Virus record (IMG/VR): IMGVR_UViG_3300045131_001276
Coordinates: 6,182-70,181 of that record
From: a virus
DNA: 64,000 bases
Reading direction: 5' to 3' (one strand)
Part shown: piece by piece, positions 46,647 to 57,500 of the stretch
Numbering within the stretch: the first letter of the stretch is position 1
How the letters are laid out: each line of letters begins with the position of its first letter
Made by a program: the position numbers and the translations under genes
The notes under the pieces: model-generated
What the model was told of the DNA's origin: nothing
The model's input: the letters and a program-made list of their open reading frames with translations, nothing else
Databases searched by the model: none

Positions 46647-48059
46647 ATGGCGACAACACCAACGCCGATAAGTTTTTCAGGCGGCGATTACACGTCAGAG
46701 GTTGAGCGGCTACGAGCCAGAGCGATCCAATTACTCACCGAATGGACGGACCACAACTATTCCGACCCCGGTGAAGTAATCCTTGCGCTACAAGCGACCA
46801 CTACCGAATTAATCCGCTCCACTCTCGATTATTTTGCACAGGAAAACTTCCTGGACGCTAGAGCCCGACAATCGCTGATCGACCAGGGCAAGAAGATAGG
46901 ATATTTGCCGACTCTGGCTTCCGGCGCCACAACCAGATTACAGTTTACCAGGAAAGACGGCGTTACAGGGGCGATTACAATACCGCAATGGTCGGCGTTT
47001 AGCCGATCCGACGGGCTCGAATATGTGACCGTATCATCGGTTCAGATGGCTGCGGAAGCGGACACAATAGAAGTCAACGCGATCCAGGGAACACGGGTCA
47101 GCTACACGCTGAACGCCGCAGACTTTGCTATTAACGATTGGACAAAACGGCCCAAGTATAGCCTCGGCGCAAACGTGGCCGCAGGCACAGTGACCATGAC
47201 CCACGGGGATGGGGCCTTTGTCTGGTCGAACATTGATACATGGTGGCGAGTAGCAGCGACCGATTTGGCGTTCCTGCTCGAACTGAACGGTGACGACGAC
47301 ACAGTATGGCTTACGGTCGGCAATGGCGTTAGAGGCCAGGGACCAGCGGCTACACCGATGACCGTGACATTTATCCGCACAGCCGCAGCTGCCGGTAATT
47401 GTGGGACCGGCGTTATCACAATAGCGCCCGAAGCGCTTGCCGCTTCAATAACATGTAGCAACATCGAGATGGCGGTTGGTGGGGCGGCTTCCGAGACAAG
47501 AGAATCCCTGCGGGAATCACTGCCAGATCGGACATCTATCCAGCGGCGGGGCGTTACCAAGACTGATTACAATGGGCTTATTAGTGTTTTGCCCGGTGTC
47601 CTGCACTGTAAAACGCTTGACCGGAACGACAACACATATTGGCCACACAATTACAAGAAGATCTATGTAGTGCCTAACGGCGGCGGCCCGATGTCTTCGC
47701 TGTTACGCAGCCAGATATTGGCGGAATGCGCTGCGAAAGGTGGCGAGGGATCATGGGCGGAAGGGCGGTATGTCCTTCTTGACGTGACAGAGAAGCCTAT
47801 AACCTTTGCGATAAGGGCGGGGCTTGTAGCGGGATATGATTCAGCCGCCGTAACAGCCGCAATACAGACGGCGCTTGAGGCGTTCATGGCGCCAACAGCG
47901 CAGGAGATCGGCGGGACAAACACATTCAACGACATCCATGCGCTTGTCATGGCGATACCGGGCCTATCCTGGGCCGAGTTTGACGCCCCGACAACCGATG
48001 TAACGTGCGAGGTCAACGAGTTCCCCACATTTGGCGGGCTGACAGTGGTGTATTCCTAA
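46647..48059 (+). CDS. baseplate J-like protein
   Basis: WTDHNYSDPG, ENFL.ARARQS, GGAASET, RGVTKTDY. Confidence 0.88.
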   Translation: MATTPTPISFSGGDYTSEVERLRARAIQLLTEWTDHNYSDPGEVILALQATTTELIRSTLDYFAQENFLDARARQSLIDQGKKIGYLPTLASGATTRLQFTRKDGVTGAITIPQWSAFSRSDGLEYVTVSSVQMAAEADTIEVNAIQGTRVSYTLNAADFAINDWTKRPKYSLGANVAAGTVTMTHGDGAFVWSNIDTWWRVAATDLAFLLELNGDDDTVWLTVGNGVRGQGPAATPMTVTFIRTAAAAGNCGTGVITIAPEALAASITCSNIEMAVGGAASETRESLRESLPDRTSIQRRGVTKTDYNGLISVLPGVLHCKTLDRNDNTYWPHNYKKIYVVPNGGGPMSSLLRSQILAECAAKGGEGSWAEGRYVLLDVTEKPITFAIRAGLVAGYDSAAVTAAIQTALEAFMAPTAQEIGGTNTFNDIHALVMAIPGLSWAEFDAPTTDVTCEVNEFPTFGGLTVVYS

Positions 48060-48886
48060 TGGCCAGAAAGCCACTATTCAAGCGGGTATCAGCGGAAGAG
48101 CGACGAGCGGATTCACAACAAGTTTTAGAGCGTCTGCTACAGATACTCGATGAGTCTTTTGACCGGGCCGAGTCTGCGGCTGACATCCTGCTGACACTCA
48201 ACTCCCCGACGGACATAGCGGACCGGTATCTGCAACTATTTGGAAACACACTCAAACACACCTGGCGAACAGACAGGACTTACGACTGGAACAGAACCCG
48301 TGCTGAAGAGGCCATTGAGAGGGCATCCTACAAAAGCACAACCCTTTCCATAGAAGACCTCCTGCGGGACTACGGCGCTGAATGGTGGCGAATCACAGAT
48401 CAGGCGAGCCGACTGGATATCTGGAACCGGCAAGGTGGCTGGAATTCCCCTAATGGCGTGGTTATGGACGGGAACTTCTGGCATGACGGCGCATATCTGT
48501 TGGAAGTGGACCACAACCTTGATTTCGACGGTTTTATTGAAGAATTCGAGACGATCCTCAGAACCGGAACAGTATGGTTCTTCAGAATAAACACCGAACC
48601 TATCACTGGCGCAATAGGCATGAGAGCGTCTTTCCAGACTTCAGTCGAGATGGATTCCTGCGCCAAGCCGTTGAGCGGCCTATATTGGAATTGGCAGACA
48701 CATACCCTTTGGGGCAGAGAATCGAGTTTGGACTATAGCGGTGTTATGGGCCGGTATCTATACGCCAACAGCGCTGTGCCGGTTAATGCGCCGGGGCTGA
48801 CTGTCGGCATGGGGACTTACGATAATCCATTGGTTGAACCGTGGAGCTTGATGCAAGCCCCCGTGTTTATAACAGAGGAGACATAA
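48059..48886 (+). CDS. baseplate wedge protein (gpI-like)
   Basis: Follows J; RLLQILDE...YL. Confidence 0.65.
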   Translation: MARKPLFKRVSAEERRADSQQVLERLLQILDESFDRAESAADILLTLNSPTDIADRYLQLFGNTLKHTWRTDRTYDWNRTRAEEAIERASYKSTTLSIEDLLRDYGAEWWRITDQASRLDIWNRQGGWNSPNGVVMDGNFWHDGAYLLEVDHNLDFDGFIEEFETILRTGTVWFFRINTEPITGAIGMRASFQTSVEMDSCAKPLSGLYWNWQTHTLWGRESSLDYSGVMGRYLYANSAVPVNAPGLTVGMGTYDNPLVEPWSLMQAPVFITEET

Positions 48887-49431
48887 TGAGCGATTACGGC
48901 GTAACCGAATATGAGGGCCGCATTGAGCGAATACTGGAACTGAAAAACAAGGATCTGTGGGTCGAGTTTGGAAGACCAACAACAGCATGGGACAACGAGA
49001 ATATACCACCAAGCCCTGTGCCAGGCGCAGTTGATGTTGACACACCCTATTTGTATGTGGAGGCCACACATAAAGCCGTATGCCGCCCTGCCGTAGACAA
49101 TGACGAATATGAGGCCGCAGGAGCTAATGCTGTAACGGTCGGAACCACGCAATATATCTTCGTGGCTGACGAGGACGCTTACGATGAGTCTGCAAGATGG
49201 TTGTATGTGAAGGCTACAATTGATGTCGCCGGAGGCTATCCATCAGGGACTTACCGGCAGGTGAGGCTATTCAGCGGCCTGACAGCGGTGCTGGGACACG
49301 AAAACGATCCCTGGCTATTGCCAGCGAATGTCACAGATCCAGGAATACGCCAGTGGACCGACACATGCCCACCGGAAATCAACACTACAGCAGCTAAGAA
49401 GGCCGTTAACATTATAATCGAATCAACATAA
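48886..49431 (+). CDS. baseplate/fibre-attachment protein
   Basis: GRPTTAWDNE..PP, YRQVRL. Confidence 0.6.
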   Translation: MSDYGVTEYEGRIERILELKNKDLWVEFGRPTTAWDNENIPPSPVPGAVDVDTPYLYVEATHKAVCRPAVDNDEYEAAGANAVTVGTTQYIFVADEDAYDESARWLYVKATIDVAGGYPSGTYRQVRLFSGLTAVLGHENDPWLLPANVTDPGIRQWTDTCPPEINTTAAKKAVNIIIEST

Positions 49432-49441
49432 GGATCACGAT

Positions 49442-52400
49442 ATGGCAAACGCACTACTAGACGCTTTTCACGCATATAACCTGCGGTCGTTTCCGCATAT
49501 TGATCCCCCCATCCTGATGACGCCGGTTGTCGATGGTGTCACAGGGTCCACTACATATAGCTATGGGGCAAGTTTTGAGACACTTTGCGGACAGACGCCA
49601 ATCAGTGATATTGCAACCGTAACCAACGGGAACGCTACACTCAGCTCAGGGAATCGGGTCAAACTACAGATTAACAGCTATCCGACTGCGGCCAGGATGG
49701 TCAGGTTCTTTAAGAATGACGGGGGAACATACAAGCTGCTTGGCGAAGTGGCCCCTGCCGTGGGGTATATCTTTGATACGGGACAGGCGCTAACTAACGA
49801 GAACCCTGTTACCACGAACACATCCGGCAGGCCGCAATATCAGGCGTTAGGTTATCATCCCGGTGAGTGGCGACAGCGACAGGAAGGCATTGACGATCAG
49901 GCCATAAAGATCATGGCTGACCAAAATAACTGGGACACAATATTCAAGGATGGCGACATCATTGAAGGAATGAGTGAAGTCCTGAGATCCGGCACTACCT
50001 GGGACTTTGCGCCCGGCAAGATATACATGGGGGGCCGCATCCATATCGTTGACGCGCCCGAAGATGGCGTGACGCTCGTTGGAACAGGAGAAGAATCGGT
50101 TGGGCTTATACCGGTTATTTCGTGGGTAACACCTACTGTAGACCCTGTATTAAAAGCCTCGGCGGATGAGGGCCAACCGAGTGAACATTCCCAGGATGGC
50201 GCGGACAGGCTGGTAATAACATTTACGTGGGGCGTGGACGTTCCTGGGCAGATAGTAGTCAAGGAATTCGTAGATAACTCCCCAAAGGTTAAGACACTCC
50301 CGATTGAAAGAACAATACTGGACCAGAAGATCGCGCAGGGCATTTACGACGTATCCGGCCATTTCGTGCTGGATAAGTTCGGGATGCAGATTGAGGATCA
50401 TGCTACGGACGCAACGAAACTCAACCTGAAGCTGACCAAAGGGATAGCGTATCCTAGTGGCTACAAAGTCGCATTTGACGGTGATCGCAAGCTGCCATTC
50501 GCCAAGGCAAGAGACACTTTAGCTGTTAATAACAGCGGCCTTGACCCGTTTTCTATTCCTGGCGGCTATGTAATCACTACCAACACAGAAAATTTCAATG
50601 TAGACGGAAAAGAGATTAAGCTTCGAGTAGGATTAGGAAACTATCACACAGTTACTTTATCTGGAAGTTCCAAGCCAGCGGCTGATCTTGAGACACAGAT
50701 TGAGTCGGCGATTAACGCATATCCTACAAGCGGCTATCTGGTAAGTTGCACGGCATCTGGCGGGAAACTACAGATTCAGGCGTTAAACGGTAAAAGCCTG
50801 GAACTGGCGACCGTAGCCAACGACGCTTACACTGTTCTCGGCCTGACGGTTGGGGTTTACCAACCAATCGGGACCAGGATATATCCCGTAAACAATACCT
50901 TCGTTAAAACGGTCACAGACCTTAACTACAAGACCGATATTGAAACGGAGGCCGTAACATTCGACGGGAATTTACATAAAAACCTGTTGTCGCACGAAAA
51001 CGTATTGGCGATCATTGGGGCTTCGGATACCGCAGCGGATTGCGCTGACGGCAAGTTCGATTATCTGCCATCAATTGATTTTGTGAAGACAGGCAATTAC
51101 ATCGACTTTAGCACGCTTGGCGGGAGTCAACCTGTAGGCGGCGCAACCTTCCATGTTAAGTATCAGGCAAACCATAACGGGGTCAAAGGCACGCGCCAGA
51201 AGGTATTAGTGGTTGACGCTCAGGTTGTGAAGGGCGCTGAAGATGGCGTTGACAGCCTGACATTCACAGGGGCGACTTCAAAGACCAGAGTTTATAATGA
51301 CGCCTCGGTCACAATGACTGGCACGCCGAGCGATGTAATTGAGATATTACGAGTGAACAACACCGCTGGTCAATCGCAGACACAGTATTCACTGCCTACA
51401 CTGGTTAAGAATTCCGACGGTTTGACACACGACACATCACAGATCAGTTGGGCCGACGCTGGAGCGCAAGGCGGCGGGGAACTTGGACAGCCTAGCACAG
51501 GGGCCACCTACTATGTGTCCTACTATATATGGAAGCACGAACTCGAGGGCGATTATCTCGCCGCTGACAGCTACGACCTTTATCCTGAGATTGAGACTTA
51601 TGTTAGCTACAATTTACGGGATTATGTCGACTTCAGGACATCGGGCGGAGTGCGGCCCACGCATAACGAGAACCCCGCGCTTGATTATGAGTTTTACCTG
51701 TCACGGGTAGACAAGCTGGTCGTGGACAGTTTCGGTGATTTTATGCTGGTCACGGGGACTGCGGCGCTTATCCCGCCAACACCACCGGATCAGGCGAATG
51801 TGTTGAGTCTGGCTGTATTGCGGATCAATCCTTACACCTATTCGAAATCGGATGTGACAATTGTTTCAGTAGAACCACTGCGAATATCGCAGATCGGTTT
51901 GCAACGCATGGCTGACAGCCTGGACCAGTTGCGATATGAAACAGCTAAACTCAACCATGCAAACGAGATAGCGCAGCAATCGGTAGAGGGAACTGTTTCC
52001 GGCTTCTTTGTGGATTCGTTGATCGGATACGCCCACATGGATCTGCAATTCAACAAGAACGGGATACGACATACCGTTGCGTTGGACCGCCACAAACAGC
52101 GAATCCTTTTGCCCGCGTCACAGGACCAGAAAGTCATCACTGTTGACATGGAAGAGTCTAGCAAGGTTCGATTGGCGGGAAACAGCCTGATTCTGGACTA
52201 TCAGCCTGTTGTGTTCCAGTCGCAGCCGTATGCTTCGATAACGGTCAACGGCGCAAGTGATTACGCCTACACAAACTATTATGGTCACATGCGGCTTACA
52301 CCGGAAGTGGATACGTTCATTGACCAAACACAAGCGCCATTACTTAACATTGATGACGCCAACAATGAACTGGCTCCTCTTATCGAGGCAGTTACTGAAC

Positions 52401-54076
52401 TCGGGTTCGGCGATATCCAGTGGGGTGATTGGAATACGCTTTGGACTTCCAGAAATCGCCACGATTTTACAGCGGGGCAGACGCGGTCTGGACTGCAAGA
52501 GACACTTATCCCCGGTACGGTGACAAGAGATTTAGGCAACAGAGTCGTAGACATGTCCCTACAGGGCATGATGCGGACATTAAACTCAGATGGCGACCCA
52601 TTTGAGATCCAGGTAAACATTGACGGCCTTCTGCCCAATGTGGATCACGCCTGCACGATCAACGGAATCGCTGTTGATCTCACGTATGACAGCACACCGG
52701 CTAACGCCGCAGGATCAGCGGGCACGCATACTTACAGCGGGAAGACAACCGTTGCCACAGCAAATAACGGATGCCTGACAGGTAAGTTTGTTATGCCTGC
52801 GGGCGTCCCGATAGGATCAGCGACAATCCAGGTATTTTATTATACCGACCCAACAATATCAATTGCGGTTGCGTCGTTTTACTCAGCCGGATTCATGCAG
52901 ACAAACCAGCAAACAACGCTTGGTATGCCGACAGTAGAAAAGGTATCTACCGAGGTCACAGAATCACGCACAACAGGATGGCGAGACAACGGTTGGCAAC
53001 CAGATGATCCGGTATGCCAATCCTTCCCTGTAACCGACAGGATCAGGTATATTTCGGGTGTAAATATGTGGTTTTCCACCAAGGACGCAACCAGGGGCTT
53101 TACTGTTCAACTTAGGAACATGTCTAACGGGTTTCCTGGGTCCAATATCTTCTCCAGCACTACGCTAATGCCTGCGGACATAAATACATCGGCTGATGGT
53201 TCAGTTAAGACAGAGTTTGTGTTCAATCATGTCCTGGGTTTCTTGCCAGGGCAGAATTATTGTTTCATTGGATTACCCGGTGGCAACAACACAAATTACA
53301 ATGTATGGGCCGCTGAAGTCGGTGGCGTTGATCTGCTTACCGGGGCAAGGATAAACACACAGGTTGCGCCGGGAGTAGCGTTTCACAGTCCTAACGCTGA
53401 CACCTGGGAGCCGTGGACAACCAAGGATCTCAAATACGAACTGGTAGAAAGCAACTTTGAGAACGACTGCCAGATCGTTTTCGATAACCTGACGGGCATC
53501 CAGGCTTCTTTGCTGGTCCTGCAGGTTCAGGAATTCATAGCGCCCGGAACCAACGTAACGTGGGCCTACAGCACTGACAACAAGGCGACATGGGTTCCGT
53601 TCAGTCCCTACATTGACGTTGATCTCCAGGCAATCATCACGCAGGTGTGTCTACGTGCGGACGTAACAAGCACAGGGGGAAGTTATCAGATAATCAAGGA
53701 ATATGCCGGAATAATCCTGCTCTACCATGAGGGAGAGGGCCACTACATCGGGACCAACGAGACATTCACTGATCCTCTAGCATACCCGAACAGAGTAACA
53801 GTGACGATAGACCTGCTAACCGACGGGACCAACGGGAACGGGGTGCGTTCTGTGACCCCAATGTTCAGCCCTGACGATGGCGTGACATGGGTAGAGATAC
53901 CGGCCAAGGTTGGATATTCGCCTGTTATCACTGAGGAGCCGTATTGGAGATACCTCTTTGATACCGGCACTATAAGTGAATTTGCACAGATGAGGCCACG
54001 AGTAGATTTTGAGACAAGCAATAGGGCCGTGACACCCGAAGCGAGAAAGATTAGCTTCATACATTCGAGGGTATAA
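49442..54076 (+). CDS. large baseplate/tail protein (DUF4815-like)
   Basis: IFKDGDIIEG, GADRL, YLSRVDKL, GFFVD, QPYAS, PVCQSF, DLKY motifs. Confidence 0.75.
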   Translation: MANALLDAFHAYNLRSFPHIDPPILMTPVVDGVTGSTTYSYGASFETLCGQTPISDIATVTNGNATLSSGNRVKLQINSYPTAARMVRFFKNDGGTYKLLGEVAPAVGYIFDTGQALTNENPVTTNTSGRPQYQALGYHPGEWRQRQEGIDDQAIKIMADQNNWDTIFKDGDIIEGMSEVLRSGTTWDFAPGKIYMGGRIHIVDAPEDGVTLVGTGEESVGLIPVISWVTPTVDPVLKASADEGQPSEHSQDGADRLVITFTWGVDVPGQIVVKEFVDNSPKVKTLPIERTILDQKIAQGIYDVSGHFVLDKFGMQIEDHATDATKLNLKLTKGIAYPSGYKVAFDGDRKLPFAKARDTLAVNNSGLDPFSIPGGYVITTNTENFNVDGKEIKLRVGLGNYHTVTLSGSSKPAADLETQIESAINAYPTSGYLVSCTASGGKLQIQALNGKSLELATVANDAYTVLGLTVGVYQPIGTRIYPVNNTFVKTVTDLNYKTDIETEAVTFDGNLHKNLLSHENVLAIIGASDTAADCADGKFDYLPSIDFVKTGNYIDFSTLGGSQPVGGATFHVKYQANHNGVKGTRQKVLVVDAQVVKGAEDGVDSLTFTGATSKTRVYNDASVTMTGTPSDVIEILRVNNTAGQSQTQYSLPTLVKNSDGLTHDTSQISWADAGAQGGGELGQPSTGATYYVSYYIWKHELEGDYLAADSYDLYPEIETYVSYNLRDYVDFRTSGGVRPTHNENPALDYEFYLSRVDKLVVDSFGDFMLVTGTAALIPPTPPDQANVLSLAVLRINPYTYSKSDVTIVSVEPLRISQIGLQRMADSLDQLRYETAKLNHANEIAQQSVEGTVSGFFVDSLIGYAHMDLQFNKNGIRHTVALDRHKQRILLPASQDQKVITVDMEESSKVRLAGNSLILDYQPVVFQSQPYASITVNGASDYAYTNYYGHMRLTPEVDTFIDQTQAPLLNIDDANNELAPLIEAVTELGFGDIQWGDWNTLWTSRNRHDFTAGQTRSGLQETLIPGTVTRDLGNRVVDMSLQGMMRTLNSDGDPFEIQVNIDGLLPNVDHACTINGIAVDLTYDSTPANAAGSAGTHTYSGKTTVATANNGCLTGKFVMPAGVPIGSATIQVFYYTDPTISIAVASFYSAGFMQTNQQTTLGMPTVEKVSTEVTESRTTGWRDNGWQPDDPVCQSFPVTDRIRYISGVNMWFSTKDATRGFTVQLRNMSNGFPGSNIFSSTTLMPADINTSADGSVKTEFVFNHVLGFLPGQNYCFIGLPGGNNTNYNVWAAEVGGVDLLTGARINTQVAPGVAFHSPNADTWEPWTTKDLKYELVESNFENDCQIVFDNLTGIQASLLVLQVQEFIAPGTNVTWAYSTDNKATWVPFSPYIDVDLQAIITQVCLRADVTSTGGSYQIIKEYAGIILLYHEGEGHYIGTNETFTDPLAYPNRVTVTIDLLTDGTNGNGVRSVTPMFSPDDGVTWVEIPAKVGYSPVITEEPYWRYLFDTGTISEFAQMRPRVDFETSNRAVTPEARKISFIHSRV

Positions 54077-54078
54077 AC

Positions 54079-54261
54079 ATGTTTACACAATCACCGTATG
54101 GGTTTGTCAAAGGCAGCGCCCGTGGGCATCACATAGCGGCTAAGACGCCACAGAGCAGCGCCGTCGCCAGCATCAAGAAAGAGAATGAGGAATTGAAAGC
54201 GCAACTGGCCGAACTCGCCGCAAAGGTTGATCAGTTGGCGGCGAAGAAGGGGAAGAAGTAA
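54079..54261 (+). CDS. small coiled-coil protein
   Basis: GAGG SD; coiled-coil C-terminus. Confidence 0.5.
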   Translation: MFTQSPYGFVKGSARGHHIAAKTPQSSAVASIKKENEELKAQLAELAAKVDQLAAKKGKK

Positions 54262-54546
54262 GTGGGCGACGGCACACATCCAGCGTTAGGTCAGAGTCCT
54301 AGTTTATGCAAGGCTTTGGCTAGTATAGGAATGGGCGCATCTTCTTATGATGCTTTTGGATCTGCATGTTGGTCTGTTTATGGGCTGGCTATACAGATAA
54401 ACCCTATAATGAACTCAATTAAACAGGGGGCCATGATTACTAATATTAACTTCCATACTAGAGCAAACCCTCCCGCTGTCCCTAAAACAAACAATTTACC
54501 TGGACCTTCGTCAATAGGGGCGCAAATATCAGGGTTGGGCGTATAA
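54262..54546 (+). CDS. hypothetical protein
   Basis: Abuts both neighbours. Confidence 0.45.
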   Translation: MGDGTHPALGQSPSLCKALASIGMGASSYDAFGSACWSVYGLAIQINPIMNSIKQGAMITNINFHTRANPPAVPKTNNLPGPSSIGAQISGLGV

Positions 54547-57500
54547 ATGCTCAATAGCTTACTTATGATAAACTTTTATTCCTTTTTCCAAAGATACTGG
54601 AATGAGAAATATTCACTTACAGCATCTAATGCCACCATAGGCATAGCGCAAACAAGTCTTGTGTATATATCTGGGCGTATTGAATCTGATGATACGACGG
54701 CTAACCAAACACTAATTAGTAACGAAGCTACCGCACAGACGGCATATATTGAAGCATTTAGGGGCAACAGAGCAGGGATATTATCTGATGAGCAGCTTGC
54801 AGCTTTTTTGCTATCTTTTGAGTCGGCCAAAGCAGCAAGACGCACTATACTACCCAATGTTGAGCCTTATATCAATTCACTAAAGTCTACAACACAGTCT
54901 GCAATGAGTGTAGAGCAAAAACAACTAGAGGATTGGGAAATATCGCTTAATACATATAGGAGGAGAGCGACTGAGAAGATACCAATCGCCGAGGCAGGAA
55001 TAGCAGAGGCAAAGGCAAATATTTTAGCCATACAAGAGGCCATAGATGTAATAGATGAGTTTGAGACAAACATTAATGTTTTTGTTGACGCTATGGAGAG
55101 TGATTTAGATTTAATAGAAACCACGGGGGTGCCCCCTGTATCATATCAAGACATTATAGATGCGTCCCAATACACCTATGACGGCACGTATTCAGATGAG
55201 GTTAATCACATCTCACCTGAAGGTAATCTATACGGGCAAACAACAACAGTTCGGGAAGTAGAACATTTATATTGGTGGGCTGGAGAAGAATGGAATCGAA
55301 TCCCTGACGAGGTGGATCAGGCGGCAAGCGTGGCGTTATTACCAACAGATCGGCCATTCGGCGAGATATTCCGTGTCCCAAGCACAAGATATAACGCCAC
55401 TACCAGTTCATACGAATGGGATTATTATTTATCCACCGGCGACGGTTGGGAGTTGATGAATGAGTATTGGGAGATTGATGGCGTGAACAATCTCCCTGCG
55501 CTTGGATACAAGGTTGGTGATTACCACAAAGTTATAGAAAGACTGGTTACTGTCAAATGGGACGGTTATGAGTGGAATAGACTGAGCCTTAGTTCATTCG
55601 ATGACGACATTGGATTAACAACAGGCATCGCTGATATTGTCGCAACAGCTTCCGACCTCCGTGGCGACCACAACGAGTTGGTTGAATCCTTTCTTGGTGA
55701 GCAGATATCCACAGCAAACAACTTCAACGATATAGTCAAGTTTGCGACCATTACGGACAAACAACTAACCACTAACATTGCTAAACTGATTACGGATGTC
55801 AACGCATTTACCGTGGACACAGCTATCACGCAGACCGAAGCGGACAATCTTGAATTAGACCTTAACCTGATTGAATCCGAATCCACAAAGGTTATTAATG
55901 TTGCCACAGAATTAGGTGTTGTAGCTGAAAAAGCCACATATCTTTCGGCGCTAGCGAATCTGCAATCTGAATTGGAACATTGGATTGATTTACCGTCCTA
56001 CCCATTTACGTGGGCGGCACAGGATAAATCTGACATTTTGTTTGCAGCCAATGAACTTGAGGATCGCCGAGTTGATTTACACGCTGCGCTTGCGGAAGAA
56101 TTTGACGGTAGCATCGTTGATTACACAGTTGAGCAAATAGTAGATGTAAATCAGGCTATTGGCAATGTTGAGGAAGATATATCAGAGTTTAGCGACGACG
56201 GCTTTATTACCTTTGTTGAGGCAAAAGCCCTCAAAATATCGTTTATTCAGTTAGAGGCCGAATCGACTGACATCGTGGCGATTGCTACGGCGCTGGAGGT
56301 TGAATCAGGAGTTACGTGGCCGGAGAAAACAGCTTATACTAACGCGTTAACAGCATTAGAAACTGAACTAGGCGATTGGATCGACCAGCCAGAAGCGAGT
56401 TATCCTATCCATGTGGTTAGTAACGACAGGACTCAGATTAACGATGCGCTGGCATTGGTTAAATCTACCAGGGACACATTAGCCAAGAAGATCAGAGATA
56501 ACGACAGGGAATATGTTGTTGACCAGATTGGCGATGTCACAGAGGCATTGGGTGATTTACAGGACGATGTGCTTGAGTTTAGCGATGACGGTTTTTTAAC
56601 TTATACCGAATCTGTTGAATTGCAGCGGTCGCTGGCTGAACTTAACAAGGAATCGCTTGATTTAATAGCTATTGCAACGAGTCTTGGAATAACGATTGAG
56701 AAAGCAAACTATGAAGCGGCCCTGTCCAATCTCACTAATTCGATAAATACGTGGATAGGATTAGCGTCATATCCTGCGGTGATTACAACAAACCAGCGGA
56801 CAGATTTAATCACACGGCTGGAAACAACACAGAATACTAAATCGTTACTTGCTAACGAGATTGGCAGGAAACGACAGGAAGATGTCGCAAAATATGTCAA
56901 CAATCAGATAGCAGACGCAAACTCAAGCCAGACTGCGCTTTATAATGATTGGAACGATAGAGTTAGTGATGATTCGGTTACGTCTGCGGAAGCGGCAAAT
57001 CTTCGTTTATTAATAGCACAGTATCTTTATGAAGTTGACGCATTAAAAGCTATTGCTGACGGTGTTAGTTTAACTGCGCTTGCATTGACCTATCAAAACG
57101 CTGGCATTGCGCTTGCCGCTGGAATTAACTCCATAATAAACACAACCTATGTCTATCCGTTGGCAGTGACCAGTAATCAGAAAGCCGCAATCGAAGCGTT
57201 ATTTGTAACAGCCAAATCTACAAAAAAAGCATTGATAGACGCACTGACAGCTACATCTACCTACGGTGTTGGTGGTTCAGGTTTTGATGTAAGCCAGTTC
57301 AGGAAAGTCTATGATGGCTTTATTCGTGGATTTACACCTGAACTGAGATTGGTTTACATCTCGCAGAATGAGTTGTCGTTACAGCCAAATTACGGGGATT
57401 TCGATTACCTGAAGGTGAATGACCAGAATATTGAGGCCAGCAAACGAACCAGTGTTTTTACGTTCACGCCAGTGTTGGGCTGGAACGAAAACGCACAGGC

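Noticed and set aside
36755-49431. Stand-alone contractile injection system or tailocin
   Set aside because: Contiguous with terminase, portal and capsid genes, so it is a complete phage tail
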